A stretch of DNA of 64,000 nucleotides, taken from assembly GCA_051294375.1 (NCBI GenBank), contig CM119265.1:10174684-10238683 (forward strand), given 5' to 3'. The first letter of the stretch is position 1, and every line of letters starts with the position of its first letter. Of the stretch, positions 1-35,900 are shown piece by piece. Source of the stretch: Paraspadella gotoi (lineage: Eukaryota; Animalia; Chaetognatha). The notes under the pieces were generated by a model that saw nothing but the letters and a program-made list of their open reading frames with translations, was not told the DNA's origin and made no database searches. The translations under genes and the position numbers were made by a program.

Positions 1-1478
1 CCTCTCTTCCTTCCTTTCCTCCTCCCTTTTTCCTCCCTCTGCCTCCCTTTATTTCGTTGACCTTTTTCTCTTTTCCTTCCTTTTCTTCTTTTTCCCCTTT
101 TCCCCCATCACTTACCTCTTTCTCCTCTCTCTTACTTCTCTTTTCTCTCCCTCCTTGCCGTCCTCAATCTCCAATATCATACCTCTCTTTCATTCTCCTT
201 CTTCTTCACCTTCTCATCCTACCTCTCATTCTCCCTCTTTTCTCTTCCCCTCTCTCTGCCTCTCTTATCTTTCCTCTCTTATCTTTCCTCTTCTTCTCCC
301 TCTNNNNNNNNNNNNNNNNNNNNNNNNNNNNNNNNNNNNNNNNNNNNNNNNNNNNNNNNNNNNNNNNNNNNNNNNNNNNNNNNNNNNNNNNNNNNNNNNN
401 NNNNNNNNNNNNNNNNNNNNNNNNNNNNNNNNNNNNNNNNNNNNNNNNNNNNNNNNNNNNNNNNNNNNNNNNNNNNNNNNNNNNNNNNNNNNNNNNNNNN
501 NNNNNNNNNNNNNNNNNNNNNNNNNNNNNNNNNNNNNNNNNNNNNNNNNNNNNNNNNNNNNNNNNNNNNNNNNNNNNNNNNNNNNNNNNNNNNNNNNNNN
601 NNNNNNNNNNNNNNNNNNNNNNNNNNNNNNNNNNNNNNNNNNNNNNNNNNNNNNNNNNNNNNNNNNNNNNNNNNNNNNNNNNNNNNNNNNNNNNNNNNNN
701 NNNNNNNNNNNNNNNNNNNNNNNNNNNNNNNNNNNNNNNNNNNNNNNNNNNNNNNNNNNNNNNNNNNNNNNNNNNNNNNNNNNNNNNNNNNNNNNNNNNN
801 NNNNNNNNNNNNNNNNNNNNNNNNNNNNNNNNNNNNNNNNNNNNNNNNNNNNNNNNNNNNNNNNNNNNNNNNNNNNNNNNNNNNNNNNNNNNNNNNNNNN
901 NNNNNNNNNNNNNNNNNNNNNNNNNNNNNNNNNNNNNNNNNNNNNNNNNNNNNNNNNNNNNNNNNNNNNNNNNNNNNNNNNNNNNNNNNNNNNNNNNNNN
1001 NNNNNNNNNNNNNNNNNNNNNNNNNNNNNNNNNNNNNNNNNNNNNNNNNNNNNNNNNNNNNNNNNNNNNNNNNNNNNNNNNNNNNNNNNNNNNNNNNNNN
1101 NNNNNNNNNNNNNNNNAGGAAGGAAGGAAGGAGGAAAGAAAGATAGGAAGGAAGGACGGAAGAAAGGAAGGGAGGAGAGATGGGTGGATGAATGAAATAA
1201 AGGAAGAAAGTAGTAACTGATGGAAGAAATGGATGAAGACTTAGAAGGAAGGAAGAAAAGAATTGAAGAAATAAATGAAGAAAGGAAAGGAAGGGAGGTA
1301 AAATCAAAATAGGAAGGGAGAAAAAAGAGAGATAGAGAAGGATAAAAATAAAGAAAGGAAGGAAGGAGGAAAGAATATTGAAAGAAAGGAAGGTTAAAAG
1401 GAAAGGAAAGAAAGCAGGATGGCATGAAAACAAATTCTCTGACCAACCCCCCTTCCCACTTTTGACCTCCTTGTCTAG

Positions 1479-8497
<7,019 letters not shown>

Positions 8498-8544
8498 AGC
8501 GGAGAGAGGCCGTGTTGGGGCTCTCTCTCTCTCTCTCTCTCTCT

Positions 8545-8631
<87 letters not shown>

Positions 8632-9139
8632 CTCCATTCGTCTCTGTCGCCGTCGTATTTGACGCCGTAAGCGACCATCCAATTGGTCGTCGTTACCATC
8701 GCAACGGTATTCCCCAACCCAGCCGTGTCCCATCCCATCCTCTTTTTTCGTATTTATTAATTAAGATTTTTTTTTTGTTAATGGTGATCTGATCTCAACC
8801 GTAGCTTTGTTAATGTTTTTTCTTCTTCTTCGTCGTCATCATCTTTATCATTAAAATTATCATTAAAATTATCATCAAAATCATTGTCATAATCACAAGC
8901 TGTTTCGCAATCTCGTTGTATGTTTTACAATCGTTGGTAATTTGCCAATTGCATTTTTTTTTTAAACAAAACAAAAAAAAACACGAAGTCATTATTTAAT
9001 TTCTTTTTTTTCTTCCTTCCATTGAAAATTTAGCAAAATGAGGCCGTTTTATTCCTGAGGAATCCAGCCAATGTAAATAAAGACTTTATAGTCTTTTCTC
9101 CTTGTTTATTATTATCTCTCTCTGTTTTCCCCCCAACCG

Positions 9140-9223
<84 letters not shown>

Positions 9224-10220
9224 TCCTTCCCCCCCTTCCCCCATTTTATCGCCCACTGTATCCCCCATAAAAAAGATTACGTAATAATCGTGATTGATTG
9301 TCCCTTAACCCTCCTCGACCATCGATTCCATTCGGGCTGTGCCGATTTTTTGGTTTTTCCATTTTCTTGTCGATCCTTCAGCCTTACCTCCGACCGACCG
9401 ACCATCAACTTACCTTTTCTCGTGTCTTCGCTTTCTATTTTTCGTGTCGTCTATTATTCCCGTTTTTTTAATATATACCGAATAATTTTCCGGCATTGTT
9501 TTTCGAAAGCGCCCCATTTATGTTCCCAATCAAATAATTTAATTTTATATCATTTTATATACAATATATAATATATCTCTGACTTTAATCCCTCACGCTT
9601 ATTTTTATCCCTAATCCATAACTTTGTCCCTTAACCCTACGGCTGAATTCCAAACCAAATCCTCACTTATTTCTAAATTTATTATAATAAAATAAGGCGC
9701 TTTTGAAAAGTATGGCCGATTTGCTAATTAAATTAAACCCGACCTTTAGTTTGTATATATATATATAGTGTCCTATATCGAATTGTTGGATATTTATTTT
9801 TTTTCTCCTTGGACAAAAGGGCACTGTTCTACTTGTTCCATGAAATGAAATAATACGAACCAAATCAATTTTATATAGAGTTTTTTTATTTTAATTTTAT
9901 TTATTACAAAGATAGTTTGTTTCATAAAATGTTTAAACCGTAATTAAGTAGATTTATTTCGACTCTCCTCTACACACTACGGTTTCAGATTAGCAACAAT
10001 TTCTTATTATCGTAATTATTATCAGGAGGAGAGATTATCACAGATCCACTACGGTTTTTAATTTCCTGTCGATCTCGTCAGCAAAGTCTTCCACTCCTGG
10101 CGAAACCGTGACGAAGATATACATAAGCGGAGAAAACAGCACCTCTTTACAGCCCTCTAAACGCTTTTTCTTACTAAACCTACTATACGTTTTAATTATA
10201 AGCGTATTTAGCTAAATTAA

Positions 10221-17620
<7,400 letters not shown>

Positions 17621-17841
17621 TATCCTCTCTCTCTCCGTCGGTCCCGGGCCCTTGCTCCCGCACCGAGTTTGTTTGTTTGTTTAAATTTGTTTTGATTATT
17701 TACGTTTATTATTTAGTCTATATATTAAAGTTCGTAGTTTCCGCTTTTTGACATCTGACGCCGTTGGGAGGTGACGACGTCGAGGTCTGAAAGGAGTTAG
17801 GAGGGGAAAAAGGAAGGAGGTTAACGGGAGAAGGGAAAAGG

Positions 17842-17965
17842 GAAGGAAGGAAGGAAGGAAGGAAGGAAGGAAGGAAGGAAGGAAGGAAGGAAGGAAGGAA
17901 GGAAGGAAGGAAGGAAGGAAGGAAGGAAGGAAGGAAGGAAGGAAGGAAGGAAGGAAGGAAGGAAG
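17842..17965. repeat. (GGAA)n microsatellite upstream of the mucin gene
   Basis: Pure GGAA array about 220 bp 5' of the mucin ATG. It is representative of many AG, GAAT and CTAA microsatellites in the window. Confidence 0.95.
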
Positions 17966-20900
17966 AAATGGAGGAAGGAAGAAAGGAAAAAAGGAAGAAA
18001 GGAAGGAAGGAAGAAAGAAATAGAGGAAGGAAGGAAGGAAGGAAGGCAGAGAGAAAAAGAGAGCGAGAAATAAAGAGAATAAAAAAGGCAAGAAAGAATA
18101 CAGAGTGAGACAGATAACAATGAACAAAATCGTATTACCAGGCGAATGAAATAATCTTGATGTGACGACAGAATTGGCGCCAAAACTAAAATGAAAATGT
18201 GGGCGTGTCTCGCCTCTTTCTGTCTGTTTTTTTTTTCACCAACAAGAGGAAAACTTCTAAGATATTGCAGTGAAACTGAAAGAGAGACGAACTGGCAAAA
18301 CTTAAAATGTAGTAGTTTTGAATAGTTTTAGAATAGTTTTTAAATGTTTTTGTATTTCCGAAAATGAAATCGTAAATTCGCAACGACGATGAAAAATTCA
18401 CGAGACGTAGATTAATTATTGACGCTGAGAGAAACTTCGCCACAAGTTCACGCGTCAATAGAAAATGAAATATTTACGGCGAAAGAATCCTTAGCGGCCA
18501 ATAGGGTAGTTGAAGAAATGCATCGTGTATAATAGAAATGAAAGGAATTAAAGATTTAAAACAATAAAAAATTAAATAAACAAAGAATTAATATATAAAA
18601 AATAATTAAATAAATAAATGTTTCTGTATTCTCATTAAACAAAGAGTGGAAATTTGCTTTTTTTTCGGTTGTCCAAATCTTCTCCAGATTGTAAGATGCC
18701 ATTAACATGGGCACTAAGAGAAGAGCGAAAGAAGCAAAACTAGCCATACAAAAAAAAGAAAGTTTCTTCGTCCTCAGATTTTGGGAGCAAGAAAAAAAAA
18801 ATCGTTACCGAAAAGGAAGAAAGAAAAACTTTGTCTCAGAGAAAAAAAGAATGTTCTCTTTGTCCCAAAAAAAAAGTAAATCCAGTGACCGAAATCGTGT
18901 TTGTTAAAATTTACGTTCAATTTATATTTATAGGTGGAAAGCGACTGTGGGATTATGTAGATCCTGAATCATGACTTTTGATTTACGTTGATGTTCCGAT
19001 GAGAGAGAGGGATACAATTAGAATCTTTGATTCGGGAACACATTAAGTTCATGAGTTAAATACATTATTTGTCATACGTATAGGCTTTTTGAGTACAATT
19101 CGAATTAAAATTGGTACGATTAATTTTTTATTTAATCCCAATATTTTTAAATTCAAAAGGAATTGCATTTAAATTTTATGGAATGTTATGCATCACTTTC
19201 TCCTATCGTTGTTTTGTTTGTTTACAAACATGAATAAAAAATCATTGAAAAAAAGCACGAAATAATCGCGATGAATAAAATGAATCTGATTGTTGGGTGT
19301 CGATTCGTTGCTTTTCGGGCGTTCAAAATTTGGTAACTTTAATCGGGTTCTTGCTCTGTCTTGTCAGCGTGGAGACGGAGAAATAGAATGCAAAGCGGGA
19401 CAAGAAAATCTCTCTCGCTCTCTCTCTCGCTCGCTCTCTCTCGCCCAACACGTATTTTTATTCCAATTTTCGTAATGTTGTAATCGAATCAGCGAGAACT
19501 CGTTTGACCAGATTTGGCGGAGAATCGAGACTTCTATTCTGAGAAGAATGATCTTGATGTAGAACGAAAAAATACAAAAAAGTTAATGAAACGTTTAAAT
19601 TTCATCCTAATTAACATTGATTGTCAAGATCAAACAAGTATTTATTAATGAATTTATGAATGAATAATCTTTTTTTTTCCTCAAATGGCACATCAATGGC
19701 ATTAATCTTCAAGACTTTATCCCCATTTTTATAAAAAAGTTGATTCGCGATTTCAGAAGAGTTTGTATTTGACACTGAAACCACGGAAATTAAGAATTAA
19801 TGGTTTCTTTGAATTCTTTGAATTCTACGGATGAACCAAAGGCAAAGCATCCTACTTACGCGTTCAAAAGAAGCATGAACTAGACAAGCCGGTCAAAACT
19901 TACCAGTAGTTGCATTGGGCAACTGTAACCATTCGCACTGGGAGTCCACGGGACTTAAGCTTTGACTCAGATTAACAAGGTGACTTTCTTTTACCTCGTG
20001 TCGCCTCCAAAGTAGGAGAGGCTAAGAGAAAATCTCAACTCAATAGCAAAAAATGTTGACCAAGAAAGTTTTAAATTAAAAAATAAAGATAAATAAAAAA
20101 ATATAAAAGTATTTCCGTATTAATTTTAATTATATAACTAATGTAATGCAATGAGTCTGTCCCGTGTCACGAGGCCTGATGACTTGGTTAATTATATAAT
20201 TTTTCATTGGTTATTATATTTTTTTTTCGCATCCCCTTTAATCCATAGATTATAGAATTATCTTAGGCTAAACCGCCAAAGTTTTGTTGTGGTTTTTTTG
20301 ATGAATAAAAAGGTCGAGGCAAACCCAAAAAAATCTAAGATTAAAGAAAATTCAAAATACAGGTTTTGACGCGAGTTTAAAAAAAGTCTGAACCGCGCCT
20401 TATCTTCCTTTTCGAAATAATAATAGGTTCTTCTAAGTCTTCTTATCTAAAAATTTAAAAATTGGCAACTAGGGCGACAAGGACTATTTTATTCGTCATG
20501 TGAAGATAAGTATCGGGAGTCAATCTCAATTTTTTTTTTTTTTAATTCGCATTGTTGTGTTGTTTTATGTATTACGACGATCGGCTGTAAAAGCGGTTGG
20601 TAAAATCTGAGTATATCTAAGCCTGGCGTAGTAATAGATGTAGTGTATGTACTATGTAGTGGTAAAAGTTTTTTAAAAGACTCGAACATTCAGAGCTCCA
20701 GTTTTGGTTCCGATTGAAAAAGTAAATTTTCAAGACGTTGCCAAAAAAAATCGGAAAAATGCTAAAATCGATCACGATTCTTTTTGTGCAAACAAAACGA
20801 CAAAATTCACAAATCAAAAAAGTGAAACGATCACAATAAACCTTTTTTCAAAGTTCGACGGGGCAACGAAAGAAGAAGTTGGGCAGGGCGACCTTCTGGC

Positions 20901-22071
20901 GATATTGACAAAGAACGAAACCCTTAAGACGTTAAGCTCTTTCACTTATTTGGCCCGCTTGACAACATTTTAAAAAATTCACAATTCACCCGTTCATTCT
21001 AGAAAACGATTGAATGCCGCTTTTCTCCTTCAATCCCGAGAAATATGTTTCCCTCAATCAAAGTTAAGAGAAGTCACCAGTCAAACCAATCAAAGGAATT
21101 TGTGTCGCTTGTCTCAGTCAATCAAACTCCAGATTCAGGCAATCGGACACATTGATAGGAATGATCTACAACATAGACAAATTTTCGCAACTCAAGAAAA
21201 AATTAACCTTGACGTTGATGAAACAATGAAGGAATACTATCTCAGTTTTTGTGCTACCTAATTAATGTCCTATTTTTAATTAGACTGGGACTTCTTTAAC
21301 GACCGCGCTTTCCTTCTTTAAGACGGCCCTCTCTCTGTCGTCCTGATCTAATTCATTCGTTTTTTATGACTTATTCCTTTCTTTTTTCCTTTTTTTTTCG
21401 TTAAGATATACAAGAATCATACATTCATTTATTAAAAATCAACCTTGCACCTAATTGGAAGAGGTTATTATTATGGGTTCAAGCCTCCAACCCTCTTACA
21501 AAATATTTACATATCAGGATCATACAATCTTTTCTATTTCTTTCTTTTTTTTCTTCATCTTCCCCATTTAGCCATTCTTTGGTTGATAGACGTAATAAGC
21601 CTTTTTTACTGAATTAAAAAAATAATTTCAATACTAATGTTGAAATTAAATTTATATATTTATTTTTTTAATTTCCTTTATAAATTTTGCCCAATCAATT
21701 AAGCAACTAATGTCTAAGCATCGTCGTACCTGGAACTTTACCTGGTCCAATTAGAAAGAAAAAGAAAATTAAGTCTTCTTCCAAATCATCAAAATGTAAT
21801 AAGATTCATAAACTGATTATGTATTTTTGAAATATTGCAAATCTGCCCTACATTATGATTTACAATAGGTAATGAAAAAGAAAGCAAATCGATCGGCAAT
21901 CGTCATATTTTATTTTTCATAACCGCGTGCCATGCTTCCAAACATTGTGATTGTAGTATATCTTTTGATTTTTCTCTATTTTCTTATATTCTCGAGTCAG
22001 AGTCACAAATGACGACAATGCCACGGAAAACTCTTCACTCTTCACAGTTCATTGTTCATTTGTTGACGACT

Positions 22072-28473
<6,402 letters not shown>

Positions 28474-29284
28474 CGTTTAACTCAAAAATTAAGAATTTAA
28501 TAAAATAAATAAATAAAACAAAAATATGATTTATTTTCTCAATAAAATGAATTTTTATCCTATTCTCATTTTGTAGGTTACGTTGTTTGGAATTGGATAC
28601 TCGCATCCACTATTTTTTATCAGTCTAATTATTATAGCAGAAATGGATTATCTCTTGGCTTCTCCATCTTTTCTTCTGATTGACCAAACATCAGGAAACC
28701 GGCGACAGAGAAACGTGAGAGAGAACGATATTACTCTAAATTACCTACTCAAAAATAACATCAAAATGCATCCGGAATATTATTAATATTGTTTGTTGCC
28801 TGCCTTTCTCTTCATTATTTGTATAATTTATCTAAATTATTTGTACGTCAAATATCATCATGCCAACGACCTGTTCTAATGTCAATAAAACTCCTCCTAG
28901 TTCTACCGTAATAAGCCATGCCTACGAGCTTCGCTGGATTCGAAACCACGCCTCCAATAAAGTATAAAAGTATATTATTGTTAGGGTATTGCACAAAAAT
29001 TTTAAAAATAATTGCAAGTTTAATTTATAAATATTTGAATTACGCCAACTGATTGACGTCAATTTGGAGTTAACTTTCTGCCTCTATACTGCTGTCAAGC
29101 TTATTCAACCCAAATTTTTGAAAACGTTTTTTTTTGTAATTAAGAAAACATTATAGTATTGGATTCGGCTTTGATTTCTTTTTTTTTACGTGTTTGTTGG
29201 CGCTGGTGGCGTAAAGACTACGCCAAAATGTATCATTTCCTAATGTGATGTAGCGTAGAATGGCGTAAAATTAACAAAAAAACA

Positions 29285-29700
29285 TTTATTTTGTGGCGTG
29301 AAACTTTGTTTATTTTCCAGTAAAAACTATACACTTTAGATGTTTAAAACATTTATCTGGCCCTTTTTTATACAGGTGTGGCGTAGAATGACATAAAATG
29401 AAAGAAAAATAAAACATATAAATAGTATTTTATTTTGTGGCGTAAAGACTTTTTGTTTATTTTCTAGTATAAACTATACACTTTAGATGTTTAAAACATT
29501 TATCTGGCCTTTTTTATACAGGTGTGGCATAGAATGACATAAAATGAAAGAAAAATAAAACATATAAATAGTATTTCATTTTGTGGCGTAAAGACTTTTT
29601 GTTTATTTTCTAGTAAAAACTATATACTATACTATACTATATGTTTAAAACATTTATCTGGCCTTTAATGTCATTTATCAATCAATTTTGTGGCGTAAAT
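29285..29700. repeat. About 145-bp tandem repeat, about 3 copies
   Basis: attttgtggcgtaaagac...ttaaaacatttatctggcc recurs near 29287, 29431 and 29577. Confidence 0.8.
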
Positions 29701-30319
29701 TGACAAAAAACTGCACCACTTCATCCCCTTTCCTCCCTTTTCTTTTTTCATTTATTTTTATACAATCTCCGATTCTAAGTCGATTATTTTTCGGTTTGAG
29801 CAAACAATGTCGGATCTGCCTATGATAATTTAGCGGTAAGCAGCTAATCAGATAGGATATCCGATGAATGTGACAAGAAAATTCTTCAATAAATAGATCA
29901 TATGTTCAGAGTTTAATAATAACTAGATCATAACATTATAAATCATAACAGTTTTTTAAATTAATCAATTAGAAAAATTTATCAATCAATCATTTAACCA
30001 AATTGACAATCAATCAATCAGAGAGATATAGAGAGAGAGAGAGAAACTTTTAAAAATTCAAATCTATGTGTCTTTTGGTTTTCTAATTTAAACTCTTTTC
30101 CACTCCAACGATTCCATCAAAAATCGATCCTAAGTTGTAGTTCATTCAAATAGCAATGTGGTGTGGTTCTAGTTGGTTGGCGACTTTGCCATGGCGATAT
30201 CGCCAGTACCCCCACTGGCGACCTCGCAAGTGATAAAAGTAGCGAATATAAGGCGCAAGTAAGAGGAGAGGCTCGCGGCTGATGTTGAGACACGGGGATG
30301 AATGCATTACCCATGGGCT

Positions 30320-31190
30320 CCTCCCCCAACCCTAACCTGGACCTCGTGTTCAACCCTAACTGCCTTTGACACGTCAACCACGGGCCTCTCCCACAACCCT
30401 AACCCTAAACCAGGCCTTCCATTCAACTCCGTGCCTCTCCCCCAACCCTAACCCTAACCCGGGCCTCCCGTTCAACCCTAACCCTAACTGCCTTCGACAT
30501 GTCAACAACGGGCCCCTCCCCCAACCCTAAACCGGGCCTCCCGTTCAACTCTGTTGCCGCTCCTACCCAGGCCGGGCCTCCCGTACATCTCCGTGCTCAA
30601 CTCTAACTCTCTAACTCTAACTCTCTAACTCAACTCTAACCACCTTCGATGCGTCAACCACAGGCCCTTCCCCTCCCCAAACCCTAAACCAGGCCTCCCG
30701 TTCAACTCCATGCCTCTCCCCTAACCCTAACCCAGGCTCGGGCCTCCGTACATCTCCGTGCCTCAACCCTAACCCTAACCGCCTTCGATGTGTCAACCAC
30801 AAGCCCCTTCGGCCCTCCCCACCCTAAACCGGGCCTCCCGTTCAACTCCGTGCCTCTCCCCTAACCCTAACCCAGGCCCGGGCCTCCCGTACATCTCCGT
30901 GCCTCAACCCTAACCGCCTTCAATGCATCAACCACAGGCCCCTCCCCCAACCCTAAACCAGGACTCCCGTTCAACTCCATACCTCTCCCCTAACCCTAAC
31001 CCAGGAGCCTGGGCCTCCCACGGGCCTCTTTCCCAACCCTAACCCTAAACCGGGCCTCCTGTTCAACTCTGTGCCTCTCTCCCAACCCTAACCCTAAACT
31101 GGGCCCAGGCCTCCCATACATCTCTGTGCCTCAACCCTAATCCCTAATGTCCCTTGCCAGTACCTTCCCTAACCCTAACGCGGGCCTCCT
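30320..31190. repeat. GC-rich composite satellite containing (CCCTAA)n telomere-like motifs
   Basis: aaccctaaccctaa is interspersed with gggcctcccgttcaactccgtgcctctccc units. Confidence 0.85.
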
Positions 31191-32097
31191 GTTCATCAAT
31201 AACAACACCCTCCCTACACCTAACACTAAAATTGACATTATTATATAATACATATTATATAATAATATCAGTGTCATACATATTGATGATTCATAGGTTT
31301 TAATATACAGTAGGAAAGATTATATAAAATGATTATCGCCAGTACTGCCAGCAGTGCTGGCGCGTTTTTGCGATTCATTTTTGGGAATTAACAATGATCA
31401 ATTTGTTGAGAGAAAATACATTTGCATCTCCTGTAACCAGAGGTTTTGTGAAGAAAGCCTAGTTTTTGAGCTACAATAAAAAGAAATATTGCTTTTCATA
31501 CTATTCAAATATTTTTCTTATTTGAAATATTCTTTTTCGTTTTTTAGTTACCCTTACCATTACATTACCTATGTATATTTAAAGAATAAAATTTTTCTTT
31601 TCAGTATTTTTCATAGAGTAAATATTTCAAAAAGTCTTGTTTTTTTTAATCAAATTCCCTATTATTTTTCGGCCGATAGAGAAATAAAAATTAATAGCCC
31701 CTCAGGCTATTAATTTTATTTAACAATTTTCGTATCTTAAAGAATCATATGTTAGACGATATTGTGTGATTTTTTTAAAGGTCCTAGACCTTTTTCTTGC
31801 TAAGTTGTTAAGTTAATTATAAAGGTGTAGTTTGGGCTTGGCTTACCGGGCTCCGCTTACAAAATTTATGGAGGGGCCTGACAGTTGTTTACACGCCATT
31901 GTGTATATTACTATATTATATTCTTTATAGGCGAATAAATATCAATCTGATCAATCAATATTTCCAACCACCTACTATCTTAAATTTTTTATTCAAAACG
32001 AATATAAATCTTAGGCTGAATGTTGTCATATTGGTTTATTTACAAAAAATATTATCTTTCTTAACAATGATAACGCTTCGCATATTTCATTCCCTCC

Positions 32098-32153
<56 letters not shown>

Positions 32154-32188
32154 TCCGGTCATCGTCTTCGGCGACTTCGTAGTCTTCC

Positions 32189-32937
32189 TCATAAGTAATC
32201 AAGGCCACCGTACCAAAAATTTTCCCAACATAAAAATACGCCGCTGACGCCACTGAAGTCGTGGCTGCTGATGCTTCTGCTGACGCCGCTGATGGCGCCG
32301 CTAACAACGACGCCAATGACCCCGACGACGAGAGATCGATAACTCTTCCACCGTCCGCTAGAGGCGCTGTTTTTTACCTCATTCTTTGATCCATTATTTT
32401 TTTCTGACGAAAAAGACAAAAGACTTTTTACGAATAACTTTTTAATTTTATACGTATTAGTATTATTTTTTCTGTAGTGATAGCATTTTTAGATACTTAT
32501 GTATATTTATACTTATTTATATTAGCGTTAGTATTTTTCTTAAAAAAAGGTAAGTAGTCGGGCATTGCATTGCGGCAAGTTCACCCCGCCAATAGCCATG
32601 ACACTGAAGAGTCAGAAATAATTGTTGAGTTAGTGGCAGAACCTTTCGGTATGAGCACTTTAGCAGTCCCTGAGCTTCGGATCCGGCTGTAACACCGTGT
32701 TACAGGCGGGTTAAGCGCCCCGTCCCTCTTAACTTATAGGCGACTACCGGGCGAGTACCCCACTCCTTTGGTTTGGGAGGCAAATGACTTGCCTCCCGCA
32801 CCAATGGCCGTTGATGAACGGTTGGTGGTTTTTAGTCCACCATAACTCCTTTAGTTGTAACCCGCTGGCTCTTCGACGAAAGCAAATAGCTCATGGCCAT
32901 TGGGTATCGGTAATATACCCGAAGGACCCAAACCCTG

Positions 32938-32973
<36 letters not shown>

Positions 32974-35900
32974 GACACCTACAAGAGGCGTGAGGTCTGC
33001 CGTAAGCATCCTAGAGGACCTGTAAAACCCTGTTTTTAACCAGTGTTTTGGTAAGGAAGCACTTTTAGCGCCTAAACTCTAAATTATAGCCAAGAACCCG
33101 AAATCCTTCTTGACTCACCCGAGCATATCTCTAAATCGAGTCGCGCGAAGGACATGACGTCTTCTTTGCTAGTCGGCGCCGGAACGATCACTTCCCGCGT
33201 CACATTTCGGCATCCGGCGTACTTGACCGTCAACGAACGCCGTCCCGGCAAAAGAAGACGCCAATATTCGCCGAAAGAGTTTGTCTTGGATTTGTGGTCC
33301 TCGCGTCCGACGACCATGACCTTGAGAAAGGTAGGGTAAGGAGCGGGTGAGTTTTTTTGAAGATGAAGGAAGATAGAAAAGAATGATATCGTTACGATAA
33401 TGATAACTCTATCCAATCGGAATGGATCTAACCTAAACTATTCAATTCAGAATCAAAACTTACGACTTTCGACTTACGCCCGGTCTTTCTAGAACTTCTA
33501 GAACCTTCCTCTCTCCTCTGATTCGGACCAGTCCACTTTTATTTTTTTTATTTTCGTCTTCTACACAATTTAATTATATATATACGTATATACAGGGTAG
33601 TGAATAAAAACTTAGAAAATCCGTATCACTTCATTCTTTTTTTATTTTGTTACGCATCACGTGCGTTATAATAAAATAAGTTTGAGCAAACAGCAAAAAG
33701 GATCTGCCTACGATCATTAGCGGTAATTAATTAATACAAACTATATAAACTAAATTAACTAAAATAACAATTTAATTAATAAATTAATTAATTTGATCCG
33801 AAATGTTTGTTTTTAGGTCTTTTTCGTCACTGACTACGACAAAAGCAACGACGATGATGGCGACGACGACAATAATGCCGATAAAGATTGACTTGTTTGA
33901 TTGATTAATTGATTATATAATTAATTTTTTTAGAAACAAATTGATTTATTGAATAATTAATAAATTGATTAATTGGCTGATTAATTAATTATTTATTTAT
34001 TAATTAAACTCATTTCCACTCAAACGATTTCATTGAAACTTGATTTCCAGCTTAATCACATACTTTCCTACCCACATACAAAATTTAAAAGTCAATCGCC
34101 CCTTCCACTTATGAGTAATTGGCATTCAAATAGTGAAACATTTTTTTTTTCCATTTAAACTCACACTTTCCTACCCACACACAAAATTTCATTCCAATCC
34201 ATCCATCCAATCACGAGTAATTGGATTTCAAGGGAATTTGATATGGATAATATCAAACCACTACAGTGCGAACTTCAGAAGAAAAAAATAATTTTTTACA
34301 TCTTAAAATTGCTTTTAGTAATCAAGGATAAAAATAACTTTTCAAATTGTTACAGCTTAATGGCCAGAGGATAATAAAGATAACATATCCCAGTAAATAT
34401 TTCTAAATTGAGTTCTTCATTTGCTCTCTTTAAAATTTTTCTTTTAGCATAGAAAGGATCTATCAGCAGGTTTGGGTTTTGGGTATGCTACAATTGTTGC
34501 TTGCAGCACCCTTATAAATAGCTCTAATCGACTGAGCTTTAGTGCACGGTTTCCCGACCTAGAATACTAGTTATCCCTATTCTTAATAACCTTCTTAATA
34601 ACATAACATACTGCTAGGGAATGTAACATATTTTAGGAGTGGTATTAAGCTAAAATCCGTCGAGTCGCAAATTCAACCAACGTTGCATTCTTCTCTGTAC
34701 CATGGCGCATTGTGTAATCAACTAATCATGAAAAAATTAAAACCTGTTTCAGAAAGAGAAAACACCAGTGATTATTTTGAGATATTATAAAATAAAATTC
34801 AATAATTATTTGCCATTGAAATCTACTGGTAAATTCTATTCTAAGTTTTGATTCACTACCCTGTATAATGTATATATTAAAGAATTAAGCGAAAATGTTT
34901 ATTTTGTTAACTTACAACGAATTTGTTTTTATTTGAAAATAATATTAATATAAGAGCCGACCTCGTTCTTAGAGATCAATGGAGATTTTCGTTCAAATCT
35001 GCCTACCAAACAATATAAACGTTCCTGGGAAAAATTCCGGTAAGAAATTGATGGAAAAACACTTGATTCCGATCCTGTTGTGTCTGAAGGGCTCACATTT
35101 TTTTCTGTTATCAAATCATCAACATCTTGATATCAAACAAGCCAGAACAAATAGACTGCTTCTGGACGGAAATATTTTCTATCTTTGATTTTATGTAGAA
35201 ATGAAAGGGATTTTTTTCCTTGAAAAAGATATAAACGTGACTGAGATATGTTCCTTTTCAACAAATGACGTTCAATTTTGGAATCCTTTGGCAAAGTGTC
35301 TGAAAGGATCTCAAAATTTTTCTTCATATACGATCATGGGAAAGTGAATTAGTCCATTTTTATAAAAATTTCTATTTAAAGTAAAAGTAAAAGAGGAGCT
35401 AACGATCGAAATTCTAAGAGTTTTCAACAGGGAGTCAGATTCGGGAAAAATCTTCTATGGGGAAAATCTTCCAAAGAAGGGGTGGATTTTCTAAAGATTT
35501 TGGTTAATATTATGGTGGACTAAAATCCACCAACCGTTCATCTGCGGCCATTGGTGCCAGAGGCAAGTCATTCGCCTCTCAACCCAAAGGTCCGGGGTTC
35601 TAGCCCAGTAGCCGCCTAGCAGTTAAGTGGGACGGGGCGCTTAACCCGCCTGTAACACGGTGTTACAGCCTGATCCGAAGCTCAGGGACTGCTTATATTG
35701 AACGGTTCTGTCAATAAACATATAACAATAATTACCGTCTTTTCATTTGTGAGCCCGACTTCCGAACATAACAGCAACAACAACACTTTCAGGCGACATG
35801 CCTTAACCTGGCAATGCACTTTCCGCCAACAACTCATCAGGCGACATGCCTCAACTTGGTGACGCACTTTCCACCAACAACAATTCACTGAACAGACGCA

